A DNA stretch of 64,000 nucleotides from positions 62,001-126,000 of the forward strand of contig CM074809.1 in the NCBI GenBank assembly GCA_037447605.1, in the 5' to 3' direction. A model generated the notes under the pieces. It did no database searches. It was not told where the DNA came from and saw only the letters and a list, made by a program, of their open reading frames with translations. The DNA comes from Zygnema circumcarinatum SAG 698-1b (Eukaryota; Plantae; Zygnematophyceae). Shown piece after piece: positions 1-19,756 of the stretch (within the stretch, counting starts at the first letter, position 1; every line of letters starts with the position of its first letter). The position numbers and the translations under genes were made by a program.

Positions 1-3000
1 TTAATGTATTCTCCCGACATGCAAGCGTGGTGACACTGACCCTGCCAAGTTCTGTCAACTGGCGACCGTTCTTCGCCAACGACACAAACGATCAGAGTTC
101 GTGTGGTACTATTCTTGACCACTTTTGGTGGTAATGTTAAGTCATGATATGAAAGCCTTGGTCCAAAACTCCTGACAAAAACAGCTCCTTGGTCCTTGAC
201 AAGTTTCATTGTGGTTTTCCGTCAATTGTCACACGCAGTGGCGCAGAGAACATGGAGCTCCAGTTTTTTTTGGTATTGCCATCTAGTTGGTGGAGTTATA
301 CATTGCTCCATCAGCAAGCAGATCTAGCGTGCAAAACCATGGCATCTTTGTGCACTGCATGCAAATTGTTGTAGTCTGCAGCAGTGCTGTGTGCTAAAGG
401 AAAGGAGCACAGGTGAACAAATCCTGTGCATTATCAAGGAAAGAGAAACGTAAAGAGTTATTGAAGTGATGTGATGTGAGTGGTCGTAATACTTTTTTGG
501 ATTGTTTGCAGGATCTTGCTCCATATTTGCGGTTGTAGGGGCCATTGAAGGCGTGTTCAACTTTGTGTCGGGATCAAGCCCTCCTGTGTCCCTTTCCAAA
601 CAGCAGGTGCTCTCTTGTAACGGGAGCTGCACAGGCACCTGGCCTGAAAGGACGATGGAATACGTTATCAGTATCAATGCGGGTCTGGCGTTAACTACTG
701 TGTATGGAAATTATGTTGGAACTGAACTACCTTGTCAGGTGAGCCTATTCACGAGAGGACACAAGCAACAGTTCAATTTCGAAGCGACTTGTTTGATATT
801 TGAATTTCTGAGAGTGTGTCATCACCGTTTGAAACTGAAACCGAAACTAAATTCGTAATCCGTGAGTGCGATCATTGACCTCTACATCTCCCTGCCTGTG
901 GCTGATCCTGCAGGCAGCGCCCGGGACAGCGAAGGTGCTGCGCTATGAAAAGCTGGCGGCATACAGTGAGTCGGCGGCGATGGCAGCGTTGTTTCGGCAG
1001 CCGCTCGCAGCCTACATGACGATGACCCCCAACTTCCTGCAGTGGGGATCGGTGAGAATAACCAGCTCTTCGCTTAGACGCTCCTCACGGGCTGCCTGCG
1101 TTCGTGAATGCATAGCGGGCTCAGTGTAGACCTGACGGAAGGCGCAGGCGCGTCTGACATTACACTTCACCTCTCCTTCCCTGCAGTGGGACATTTTCAG
1201 CGATGCAGAACAACAATGCACTTATGGATCGCCGCTTAATCATATGATAACACTGGTTGGTTACGGCGTCGAAAAAAATATTCCCTTCTGGATTGTCCGC
1301 AATTCTTTTGGTCCGACATGGGGCGATTCGGGATACGCACGCATCATGCGCAACATTTGTGGGATCTCTTCTGCTTCTATGCTGTATCCAGTCATTGCTA
1401 GTAAGTCATCAAAACGTTCCATTCCCGGTTGCCGTAGGGCTGACGGAGCCACTATTGTAGCTGTGACTTGCACATGTCGATCGTGTGGCTCGCATGAGTT
1501 TGCTGTTTGATTTTTGTGTAGTGGGCGAGTACCACTTCATTCTTCACGCTTGCCATATGTGTGTCGTACAATTTGCTTAAAAGGGATTATTTATCATGGA
1601 GGAGTGCGAAAACAGAGATGTAACGTTGACCCACTGGAGGTGTTCGCCTGCCGTGCACAGCTTCGAGCAGCAGTCCTTGCACTCCAATCAATCCGTGCGG
1701 GGCGGGTGTCTGCACAACTATTTCTGCAAGCGCGTACAACTGCACCTGTCCTGCCAACTACGTCAACGTTGTCAACAGCGATTCAACGCGAACTTGTGCG
1801 ATCTGTATGTGATGGCTATCCTCTTTCAAAAATCTAGCTCTCCATCTGTGAAAGCAAAGCCTTCGTAAAGTAGTGTCGTCATGCACGAACGTTTTTGAGT
1901 CCCTGTGTGTGAATGTCAGTTGTATAGAACCTTTGTCATGTTAAATTAGGAAATCCTGGTGGCATGTGACGATAGCTGTTGTGGGCAACCTGTAGATCCG
2001 TGACTTCAATACTTGCCTCCGCTGTTTGTTTATGTTTTAGTGAAAGCACCTCTCTGTTAACGACGCCCAATGTGAGAGCCAAATTAAAGAACCAACACAG
2101 AAACGTGTCCGGAGTTTGAAGTCCGTTTGACTGGCATGGGGTTTCGCGTTTTGATGATCAGGTGATGTGTGCGGAACATCACCCATAAACCCATGCGGCT
2201 CCGGCAGTTGCATCAACCATGGGAACGGCTTGTACCACTGCATCTGCTTCAAGGGCTATGTCCCTTCTGTCAAAAGCGACGGAAACCCCTCCTGTGCGGC
2301 GCGTAAGTCTCCTGCCTTATTCATGCGCAAGCACCGAGATACTCTCTCGTTTTCAAATCTCTGCTATAGAGGTCATGCAGGAAAGACCCGCTGAAGAGAC
2401 GACGGAATCAAGGAAGTTACTAATGAGCAAAGCTGAGGGTTGTGTAACTCATGCCACTGCGCCGCATCCCATTGATGCAGCTCAAGAGCTTACTCCCGCT
2501 CTTCCAAAAACATACACAGCGGCTCAGGGCGACAACTGCTACTTCATTGCAATTGCCTTTGGATTTACGCTTCAGCAACTCATAGCAGCTAATCCAAGGG
2601 TTGGAAGGGTAAGATTGCTTTTGATTTTCCCCTTCTTATTTCTTAAGCTAGGAAGGGGAGCACATTTCTGTGAATTTGACCAATATTGATCGAACATCTA
2701 GTGAACATTCTTTAACCAGTTAAGCTGGCTTTCTTAGACGTGGATGTGTACTGTGATTTGGCTCGTTTTTGTTAAGCGGAGGAAGGGAGAACTATGCAGG
2801 CTTCAGAATGTGCCAAAAATGAATGAGATGGTTTGCGGGTGGGACTTTCAGACCGTATGCAGCCCCCTTGCAGTGGGAGAGGTGCTTAACATTTCCTCCA
2901 CGGCAAATTACAGCTGCAAATCAACATATTCAATACAGACGGTGAGACTTGCCCTCAAGGGTGAACTTCTTTCATTGGCATGCGTTGAGTCGAGCATGAC

Positions 3001-4534
3001 GCGCTTGGAACAGCGGAGTCGTCGTCGTCGTAGCCGTCCATTCTGCTCGCGGGGCTGCGCCATAGCGTGCGTTGGGACTCAGTTGAGAGCCCGCCGGCCG
3101 CCGGTCCTGAGTCCTCCCTTTCCGTCCACGTGGCTGGCTGGCAGGGCGACACGTGTGCGTCGATCGAGAGTGACCTCGGGCTGCCACGTGGCGCGCTGAA
3201 CGCGTCCCTGAACCCCGGGCTCGCGTGCGAGGGGTCCCCCCCCCCGCCCGGCCTCGCGGGGGGGCTGCAGCCGGGGCAGCAGGTAGGCGAGCCGTTCCAC
3301 CCCCTCTCTTTTTGTCCCTCTTGTTTCAGCTGCTCCTTCTCAATCTCCTTTGCTGTTTTGCTCGTCCATGGCTTCCAAATCTTTTAGATTGTATGCATGC
3401 CAAAGCTAGCCCCCCTTGAGCGATAGTACGATGATCTTTCTGCTGTGCCCCCTGCAGGTCTGCATTGAGCTGGGACAGCCTGCTCCGTTTCGAATATGCA
3501 CCGCTGTCAACTTCGTGACAGATGCGGATCTCGCTCCACTAAAGAAAGGCAAAAGATGTACCACACTTCTTACGAGGCTATTAAAGGTTAAGGCAAGCGA
3601 CTTTTTCCAGATCAACGGTGGAATCAACTGCAACAGCCTTGTTACAGCGCAAGATGTAAGCATCAAAAAAACAAATCATCAAAAACCCGGGTTGCACTCG
3701 ATCTGAGGCTAGACATGAAAAAAAAAAGAAAAACCCGCCCTAAAATCGATGCAAATCATCGATTTAGGGCTTCAGATTTCTTTTGACAGTTGCAGTTCTC
3801 ATCCAACCCAGTTGTTTGTGCAACTGAGCAAACCTTGCTGTCGTCCATGAAATATTACTTCCTGCTGTGGGCATCTCTACCACTCCAGCGATGTCCTTTT
3901 AAATCTGCTCGTCTGTCTGACTCGCTTCGCCCCCCTCTGCCGCAGTTCTGCACCACCTACAGTGACCCGCCCACCTCGTGTCCGACCTACTACAAGTGGC
4001 AGGCCGGGGACACGTGCTCGAGCGTCATCGCCAAATTCTGCGGCTCGCGGACGACCCTCACGTGGACGCAGTGTCTCGGTGAGTGCCGGGAGGACGAGAG
4101 AGATATCCAGGGAGGGAGAACAGAGCCATCCTTTGCATTTCCACATTCCATTAGTTAGTTGGCGTGGTACTGTGGGCCGGTCCTTCTGGGTGCTTCTGGG
4201 TTGCAACCAGCCGGGTGGTGGGAACATCTGGGCCATGCGGTTGGATAGGGTGACTTGGGGGAGTGGTGGGAAAAGCGAAAGAGTGTCCCGTGGAATTTTA
4301 GGATTTTCTCTTCTCCGTTACACTGTGATTACTTTCCTTTTTAACTATCTCTGTCCACTTGCATTTCTCTTTCATTGCCTTTTTTTCGAATTCACTTTTA
4401 TCCCTTTTGCAAACGCAGGTCCAAACGCCGGAGTGTGTGTTGGGACAGGGAGCACGTGGTCTCCCGGACGCATCATTTGCGTGACCACCTGCATCAGCGT
4501 CACCGGCCTCCGCGTGCCCAACTGCTACGGCTAG
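1..4534 (+). CDS. Papain-family (C1A) cysteine protease - 2x EGF - 4x LysM modular protein, paralogue A (5' end upstream of window)
   Basis: Exons spliced GT-AG: <1-105 (LPSSVNWR..NDQSSC), 512-738 (GSCSIFAVVGAIEG..SLSKQQVLSC), 914-1051, 1187-1400 (LNHMITLVGYG..FWIVRNSFGPTWGDSGY), 1661-1804 and 2162-2302 (six-Cys EGF, NPC.G.C....Y.C.C..GY), 2481-2608, ~2851-2941, ~3143-3282, ~3459-3655, ~3946-4078, 4419-4534 (LysM-like GDNC/GDTC..NP repeats, stop TAG). Confidence 0.9.
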
Positions 4535-6380
4535 GCGAGGCCGCCCCCCCCCCTGGCTGGCCCGCCCCCCCGCCCGCCCAGAGCCGCTGGGCTCCGGAAC
4601 CTCGTGTGGGGGGAGGGAGGGGAGGGAGCGGACAGTGGCGGGGCTCAGGGGAGGAGGGCTGCTGCTTTTGCGGTCACGGCCCTGCGCGCTGCTGCGACTG
4701 CCATTACTGCGCGGACATGCGGTGGGTCGCGATGCCACAACTAGGGGCTGCCGGAAGGAAGGAAGGAAGGCGAAGCTGACTCGGAGGCGATGGTGTGGGC
4801 GAGATATTGGGTCGGTCGGGCATTAGCACCGATCGCACACAAGATGATGGGAAGAGGAATGCTTTTTAGAATTGCTTCACAAGCAAGCGATCAGGTACTC
4901 ATTCCGACTTTGTAAGTGGTGATCGCCGCCCAGTGGAGGCTGGCCTTAGTGTTACAATGCGTAGCGTCAGTGGCTCTTTCGCAGAAACTAGTGTCATTTA
5001 GGCACGAGAGTTAGAAGCATAAGCTTTGCTGTGGGAGTGTAAAAAAGCAACGTGTACGATATGACATTGCGCTTTCCCACAAGCAACCGGCGAGGAAAGT
5101 ACTTGCCCATGTTGTCTACTGAAAGCCACGGCAGCACGTCTTGTAGGAAAATCTAATCAGTCCTTAGTAGTCGCTGACCTGCCAGCAGAAAGAAATAACC
5201 ATTTTAGCGAATGCAGCCCGGGCGTGCATTGTAATTTGTAGTAGCCCCGGGGTTATTTATTTATTTTTTAATCGGAAGCACTCAATCGGGCATGCTTGGC
5301 GAGAAAAAATTACTGTTCAATGCATGTTTAATCTGCCACTGTAGTTGTTCTCTGAGAGTGGAAGGAAGTTCCAGCTGTCCACACCCCCATGGCTTTGGAC
5401 TCCCGCCCGCCTAGGGGAGGTGCACGCGGCCACAGAGGGTTGGGCGGAAACTCTGTCTCTGCCTCTCTCCCTCCCTCCCTCCCTCTGGCTGGCGGAGCGA
5501 GGAATGAATCGACGGCTGTGCGAGTGCGAGGAGGGTAGGTGCTCAGATCGAATGGCTGTTGAAGTCAAGAGAGAGCTGAAAAACCTTCTCCTCAAGTAGT
5601 ATGGAAGATAGCCTTGTCCTACAGCCCTTTACCAGGGAGAGACGCGTGTTCCCATTCCCATCCACAACGCACCCCCTCCCTCCCTCCTCCCTCCTCTCCC
5701 GTTCTGATCGCATTCCGGTGAACGAAGCATGGCATGGCGCGGTGCGCATCTCTCTCTGGTTTTGTCACGTCTCACTTTCGGGTACTGTGCTGGATGACCT
5801 CCTGATGCCACGCTACTTGGCGAGTGGCTCATTATTGACACGGAAGACGTGGACATTGCAGGCACAACTGAGGAAAGGGAAAAGCAACGACACACAAGTG
5901 AGGTGTACTTTTAATAAGGTGGTTGTACAATATCCGACGTCTGTGTATATACCTTTTGGTAGATCCGAGAATAAATACGCAATAAGGAAGCGGAAACGAA
6001 CAAAAAAACACGACAAGCCAATGAGAGCCGCCCACAAACAGGCGGATTTGGCGTGTGGTGTTTAGAACAGCTGTACATTAACGGGTTGCAATAATTCACA
6101 GTTACAAAACACAGTAGAACGGCGGGACACCTGGACGCAACGTAAGCTAGCCCCGCCCCCCCCCCGGGAAAATAGCCGACTTAAGAACTGTCCTACATAA
6201 TTGATAAAAATAAAAGCAATCATAGCAATTGCGCTACTTGATCGTACTCTGCAACAGCTTAGCGAGGGCACTCGGAAAAATTGCCCTAAGTGTCCTAGAA
6301 ACCATACTGACTTGTAGTTGGCAACTACTGCAATGTTTATTGGCGGCTTCCTATGTCTTTATTTGGACTTTCTCTACACC

Positions 6381-13884
<7,504 letters not shown>

Positions 13885-15232
13885 GCTGCCTGCCTGCCTG
13901 CCTGCCTGCCTACCTTGCCTTGCTCCGCTCCGCACTGCTCCGGGCTGGGCCGAGAAATAGAGGGAGGGGCACGCGGCGGGAGGGGAGGGGAGGGGAGGGG
14001 AAGGAAGGGGAGGAAAAGGGCGGAGGGGAGGGGAGGGGCGGGGAAGGGAAGGGAGGGGAGGGGACGAGAGGGGAGGGGAAGGGCGGAGGGACGGGGAGGT
14101 GGAGGGAAGGAAGGGCCGCAAGCCGCCACGCGCGGTTAGCCGCGCGGCTTGGCTGCTGCCGACGATTATGCGCGCGCCGGGCGGGCGAGCGGGGGCGTAA
14201 CGGCCGGCCGCCCGCCCGGCCGCCCTCGGCCCCCGCGCCACCTGGCCCCTGCTGCCCGCCCGCCCGCCCGGCCCTCGGCCCGTGTCGCGCCGCGCTGGCA
14301 CGCGCGCTCGGCGAACGTCGCGGCCACTTGTCGCGACGCGGCGAGGGTTGAAGGCGGCCGCTCGCCGCGCTTGTCGCGACTCGCAGCTGCAAGGGCCGTC
14401 AGGCGCCGGAATGTTCCCAAAAACGGACAAAGCAGCCCGGTGGCGCGTCGTATCCGCCACGCGATACGTCGAATTCGTACACTAAGCCGTACATTGGTTC
14501 GCAACTGTTCGTACACTGTATTACGCCGCGGAACGCTCCGTCCGTACGACCGGCGAGCGGGGACGCGTGGCGGCCCGCGGATGGCCGAGCATACGCCGTC
14601 GCGGCGGGGGGCGCGTGACGTCAGCGCGCCTTGGGCAGCAAGTGGAACGGGGTCCACCGCGGGTCACGTCACGCCACACTTCATGACGTCATCTCCTAGT
14701 GTCGCGCCAGGAGTAAGCGCGGGAGAAAGGCAGTCCGGAAGGAATCGTAAGAGTCGATCCGTACGGTCCCACTGGCCGGCAGGGTGTTACCGTACGGTCC
14801 GCCTACGCTGGCCGTACGGACCATCCGTTCGTCCGTCCGTCCGTCCATCCATCCGTCCGTCGGGCCCGGCCTCGACCTCTGCATAGGGATGGCCGCACGG
14901 GCGAAATATAAACGGGGCGCGTTTTCATATTTCCCTCTCTCGGTGTTCCAACTTATTCCAACTTTGTTCATTTAGTACGGAACGCAAACTTTCATTGAAC
15001 TCGCGATGGCGAGGCCATCAAATTTACATGGATAAAGGCAAAATGTGGAACCACGAAGGACATTCATTTAGTTGGTCCAAGGCTGACGTGGTCCAATATC
15101 GCTGACGCAATCTCGCACATGCCAACGGTTGAAAGAGTTCGCGTCGGGGGACACTGAACTATTCGGTCTCGCCTTCGAGCCCGAATAGAAAAATGGGGAG
15201 ACTAACGAGATCTAAACTACCAACGAAACAAC

Positions 15233-15449
15233 GCCACGTGGCACACGGCGCACTCCCCTTCCCAAACCCGGCCGCGCTTTCGGGCAGGTCCCGCGCGTTG
15301 AGGATGAGGGTGAGGGTTCAGGGCCGACTTGGAGAAAATGTGCGCCGACACTCCGACATTCTTGATTCGTAAGGTGCCACGTGGAAGCCACGTGGCGCTT
15401 TCTCTTTGGCGGAAGTGGAGGCCTTCGGCATCCAGCCGGCTCCCACGTG
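15233..15449. promoter_or_regulatory. Cluster of four G-box (CACGTG) motifs, mostly GCCACGTGG(C)
   Basis: Motifs at 15233-15242, 15376-15384, 15387-15396 and 15444-15449, ~1.4 kb upstream of the putative start of paralogue B. Function untested. Confidence 0.4.
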
Positions 15450-15770
15450 CGAACGGTTTCTCATTCGACATGTTGACCGATGTTGACTGAAAAGACTTCG
15501 TCTCGGAACTCTCCGCCGCGGTTTCCAACTTTTTCATTCAACTAAATAATGAATGAACGAATTTGAACCATGAAAATTCACCCTAATGGGTACTGTACAG
15601 TAGTATTAAAAAAAGGTACGGTCATACGGCCCCAAGAGGTTGTGACAAGAGTCTGCACTCGCCGCCAACCATCCACTCACCATGGTGTGACATCATCGTG
15701 ACATGAAAGGCGTCATCGTAAATTTTACATAACAAACCACCCATTATTTAAAAATGCTGGTTTATAATAA

Positions 15771-16464
15771 GGAGAGTGATACTGCACCCCCTATTTTGGA
15801 TAATCCACCCCTTTGTTTTGAAAAATTTGCCCTCCCGTTTTGATTACACCGCCCCCTGTTATGGATATTCCACCCCCCCCTGTTTTGGATATTTCGGGAG
15901 GAGATATCCTCTGCCCTCCCCTCCCCTGCCCTCCCCTCCCCTGCCCTCTTCTTCTCTCCTCTTCTCGGTTTACAATGTCCACAAAAATGCGACCAACTGA
16001 GTACGCGACCTGCGATGAGCTCGTAGAAGTCATCACAGAGCACTGCAGGCACGAAGGAGTTCACATCACAATCGGCAGGCATAGTAATAGCCGCCGAATC
16101 CACCTGCAATGCCTCTGCGTTTTTGCGCTTAGGCCTAGCTTAGTTTAGTTTAGTTTTTTTTTTTCTTAGTTTTTTATTTTGTGCTTAGGCCCTTTGCGAC
16201 CAGTTTCTCGTGGTTCCCCATGCTGACTTCGTCCATGTTCATTTGATGGCTTCACCATCGTGAGATCAATGCAAATTCCCTTTTCTTTTGTTGCACAATG
16301 TTGGAAGTAAGTAATGAAAAGGTGAAAACAGGGGTTGGGATATCCCAAATGGGAGGTTAAATATCTAAAACAGGGGGCGGGGTAACCAAAACGGGAGGGC
16401 TGTTTTTTTTAAGGGGTGGGGTATCCAAAATGGCGGGGCGGGGAGGCGGGCAGTATCATTCTCC
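15771..16464. mobile_element. Non-autonomous DNA transposon with long (~130 bp) imperfect TIRs (GGAGA.TGATACTGC...) and 8-bp TSD
   Basis: Reverse complement of the right end matches the left end. Flanks TATAATAA / TAAAATAA (7/8 identical). Internal part is homologous to 47318-47863. Confidence 0.8.
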
Positions 16465-16649
16465 TAAAATAATTTAAAAAATCAGAAGGATCTTGCGGGC
16501 AAGGCATGACATGGCATGACATGACATGACATGGCACACGGGTACTGCGCTCAATCGGTGGCTGGTCTACCAACCAACATTTGCAACCATTGCCAATGCT
16601 TGGCAACCATCGATTAGTTAACCACTGGCAGCCAGTGTTGCTTCCAATA

Positions 16650-16926
16650 GGGGGAGTCAGACCTTGACCATCGCCCGCGGAATTGAAAGTTTCCGCCGGC
16701 GGAAAGGTATTGATTTCGATTGCAGAATTTGGCTCGGAAACCGCGGCTCCCCCCGAACCTGTCTGTCCCGTCCGTACTTCGAAATAGGTTACAAAAATGA
16801 GATACAGGCTCGGCGCCCGAGCCTGTCGAACGTCCACTTTTGGCGAAAAAGGCCTGCCGTACAACGCGGAATTGGCCCGACGGGCTCGCGGAATTGGTTT
16901 GGCGCTGGTCAAGGTCTGACTCCCCC
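16650..16926. mobile_element. 277-bp MITE with perfect 21-bp TIRs and TA TSD (Tc1/mariner-Stowaway-like)
   Basis: GGGGGAGTCAGACCTTGACCA (16650-16670) and TGGTCAAGGTCTGACTCCCCC (16906-16926), each flanked externally by TA. Confidence 0.8.
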
Positions 16927-17863
16927 TAATGGTCCGACCTGTGCAGTATGTACTGCGCGCGAAGAAGCAAGCAAGCCCGCCCCCCCGTCACACGTCCTCT
17001 CATGATTACCCATCCAAATGGCGCAGGCACTCCTCCCCCGCAGGCGGATCGCTCCAGTTTGAACAGCTAACCCTCCAGCCAAGCCCACAGCACCAAACAC
17101 CAAATCATACAGAGGCGTCACACGACACTCTTCACATGAAAGAAATAAATCCTACCGTTCCGTTCCGTTCGTTTATCGTTTTCCCCGCTATCGTTCGCTA
17201 GGCGTCCGAATCCACAAAAAAAGTAAGCCGCTCGGCAGGCCCACTAGGGGGTGTCAGACTTCACGAAATCTTACGAAAAACGAAGTTACGGAAGTACTCC
17301 GCCGTCGCAGGATCGCGATGTCACCGGAGTACTCGTTCTGTTGTCGAACGTACGAACAGGCGCGTCCTGACACCCTCTCCTATGCACAATCATCATCTGC
17401 CGTGCTGCACCGGGTGGGCACACAGCTGGCGTGTCTCTTCTGCCGATTAATGTGCAGGCGTCTGTTGTAGCTCGCATCCCTATGAAATAAACTGTTATGT
17501 TAAGGAAACAAAATAAAATGTCGAGGTAGTATGTTCATTTATCTATCTCTTCTGTGAATCCAACGCTATGGCGGGTGATTGTGTCGTATCAAAAAATTGC
17601 ATTTTGTGCCTCAACGCACAATGCCCCTCTTGTGGTTTGGCTCCATTGTCTTTTGAGCTTTAAAGAGAAAGAAAGAAGGCATGGATACATGAATTAGTAG
17701 AGACTCACGTAAGAATTGGTGAGGCCTCCGGCTACTCTCGCGGGGCAGAACACGCACGAGCAAGCGGCGGAACCAACGCCGCACTGAGCAAGTGGCCGCG
17801 CACAGAAGGTCAGGTCGCAAGAGTCCTCTCTCCCGAGTGAGTGAGTCCTTCCGTCGCTGTGAG

Positions 17864-19756
17864 TCAGAAAGGAGCGAGTTCCCTCAAGCTCCCTCCCCGA
17901 TGCTCAGCTTGTGTCGGCCCTGCACGGCCGGGACAGGCGGCGGAAGAAGGCCCACGTCCTCCGCCCGCAGGAGGGGCCTGCCGAGCTTCTCCCGAGGCGA
18001 GGACGAGGGGGGGGGAGGGCCCCTCTCCAGCACCGACGTGGGAGAAGGCATCGATGAGCAGAGCTCGGGGCCCGGCCCCCAGAGCTCCCCAAGAGCCAGC
18101 GGAAGAATGCGGCGCATGAAGGAAGGCCGTCATTGTGTTGCGGCGAGCGGCGATGCTGGCCATCGATCTTAAGTCGTTGCCCTGGCAGTGGCGCAGGATC
18201 CAGGGGTGGGCTGCCAAGACACAAATGGACCACGGAAGGTAGATGTTTAACTCGTTTTGGATTCCCACAAAAACGCTGACTGCAGTGTACATTGAAGCCT
18301 CTGTCACTGCCATCTTCCCAGCCAGGGCTTGTGACTCGTGGGACAAAAAACTGGACCCGTCACTCGAAGTGGGTGAAGAATACTCACACAAGACTTGCTC
18401 TGGCGTTATTCGAGTTTCCGGGTCCACTGTGAGGAGGCGCTTGACGAGGTGAATGGCAGGATCAGTAATCCGCGCCCACGGTCCATTCTCAACGTCAAAG
18501 CGTCCCGCTGCGATGTTGCCGAGAGTGCCGTCAAGAGTCGGTCCACGAAACGGCTGTCGTCCAGAAAGGAGGATGTACAGCAGGACACCAAGGCTCCAAA
18601 GATCGGATTCTGGACCATAACTGCCATTCAGCACCTCCGGTGAAGCGTACAATGTGGTGCCGACGGTTTCCGAAAAGTTGACTCCTGCATAGAAACACGT
18701 CCACAGACCCAGGCATCAGCCATAGACCCGACACGTTCATTTAAGCATTTTCCACCAGTCCTCTGCTGCACCAGGCCACAAGGATTAGAAATAGAGCGCC
18801 TGAGTTTGTTGCTTCCAAGCCGTACACAAGAAGCGACGTGAGATTCAAAACGCCTGAACACCTTTCATGAAGAAGGTCGCATGCCCGAAATCAGCGAGGC
18901 GGACGTCCGCAGGGGAGTCCTTGGACACGAGGAGAACGTTCTCCGGCTTCACATCTCGGTGCATGATGTGCCGCGAGTGGCAGGCCTGCAGCACGGAGGC
19001 GAGCCTCATGCACACAGCCGCGGCCTCGCGCTCCGAATAGACCCCATGACTATTGATCCGGTCGAGGAGGTCCCCGCCTCGGCACCACTCCATAGTAAGA
19101 ACGTAGTTCTGCAGCAACGACAAAAGTTATACAAATCCGCAAGGACAAACGAATGACTGTCCCGATGACTGTTCCTGTCGCGATTGACATTTCCAGGAGT
19201 CTTCAGGTACTGAAAACCTGTCAGATACGCTCTAAAACTGGATTATTCAGCCCCTTTCTTAAGGAAGCATACAAGACGAGCCAGTTTTGGCCATGCCAGC
19301 ATCACAATTCGTCACAATTCAAAAGCAGAAAGACATGTACACCTCTCAAATGCACGAGACATGTCATTATTGCACAAGGAGGGAAGAGGATATTGTCCAG
19401 GTTCGTATGAGTCACCTCCAAATGTATTTGTGAAAACTTGGCGGAGGAGAAAGGAATGCAGCTGGGGCATATCTCACCTCTCTCCCTTCGTGGAATGCTT
19501 GAAGTCGCACAACTCCGGGGTGGTCTTGCAGCGCGTTCATGAGCGCGGCCTCCATGGGCGGCGCCGTCGACCCTGGCGGCCCCTTCGCTTTGGAAATGAG
19601 TTTGCACGCGACCTCCACCCCGCTGCGCGCGTCCGCGCAGTGGTACACCGCGGCCGACGCCCCGCGGCCGATCCGCCCTCCTCTGATGGCGAACGGCCTC
19701 AGATCGTGGGTCAACGCTTCGGAGAACTCTTCAAGGGAGGACTGCTCGAGCGTCAT
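17864..19756 (-). CDS. CAMK-group Ser/Thr kinase with CDPK-like catalytic domain, no EF-hands seen (PEPKR/PPCK-like)
   Basis: Exons ~19478-19756 (GRGASAAVY..VACK), ~18863-19110 (MEWCRGGDLLDRI..HRDVKPEN..LADFG), ~18387-18685 (VGTTLYASPE..DLWSLGVLLYILLSG..PF), ~17864-18214 (HPW plus low-complexity tail). Confidence 0.9.

Noticed and set aside
5317-6100. Possible small gene between the convergent protease paralogues
   Set aside because: No coherent exon chain or homology; probably 3' UTR or intergenic.
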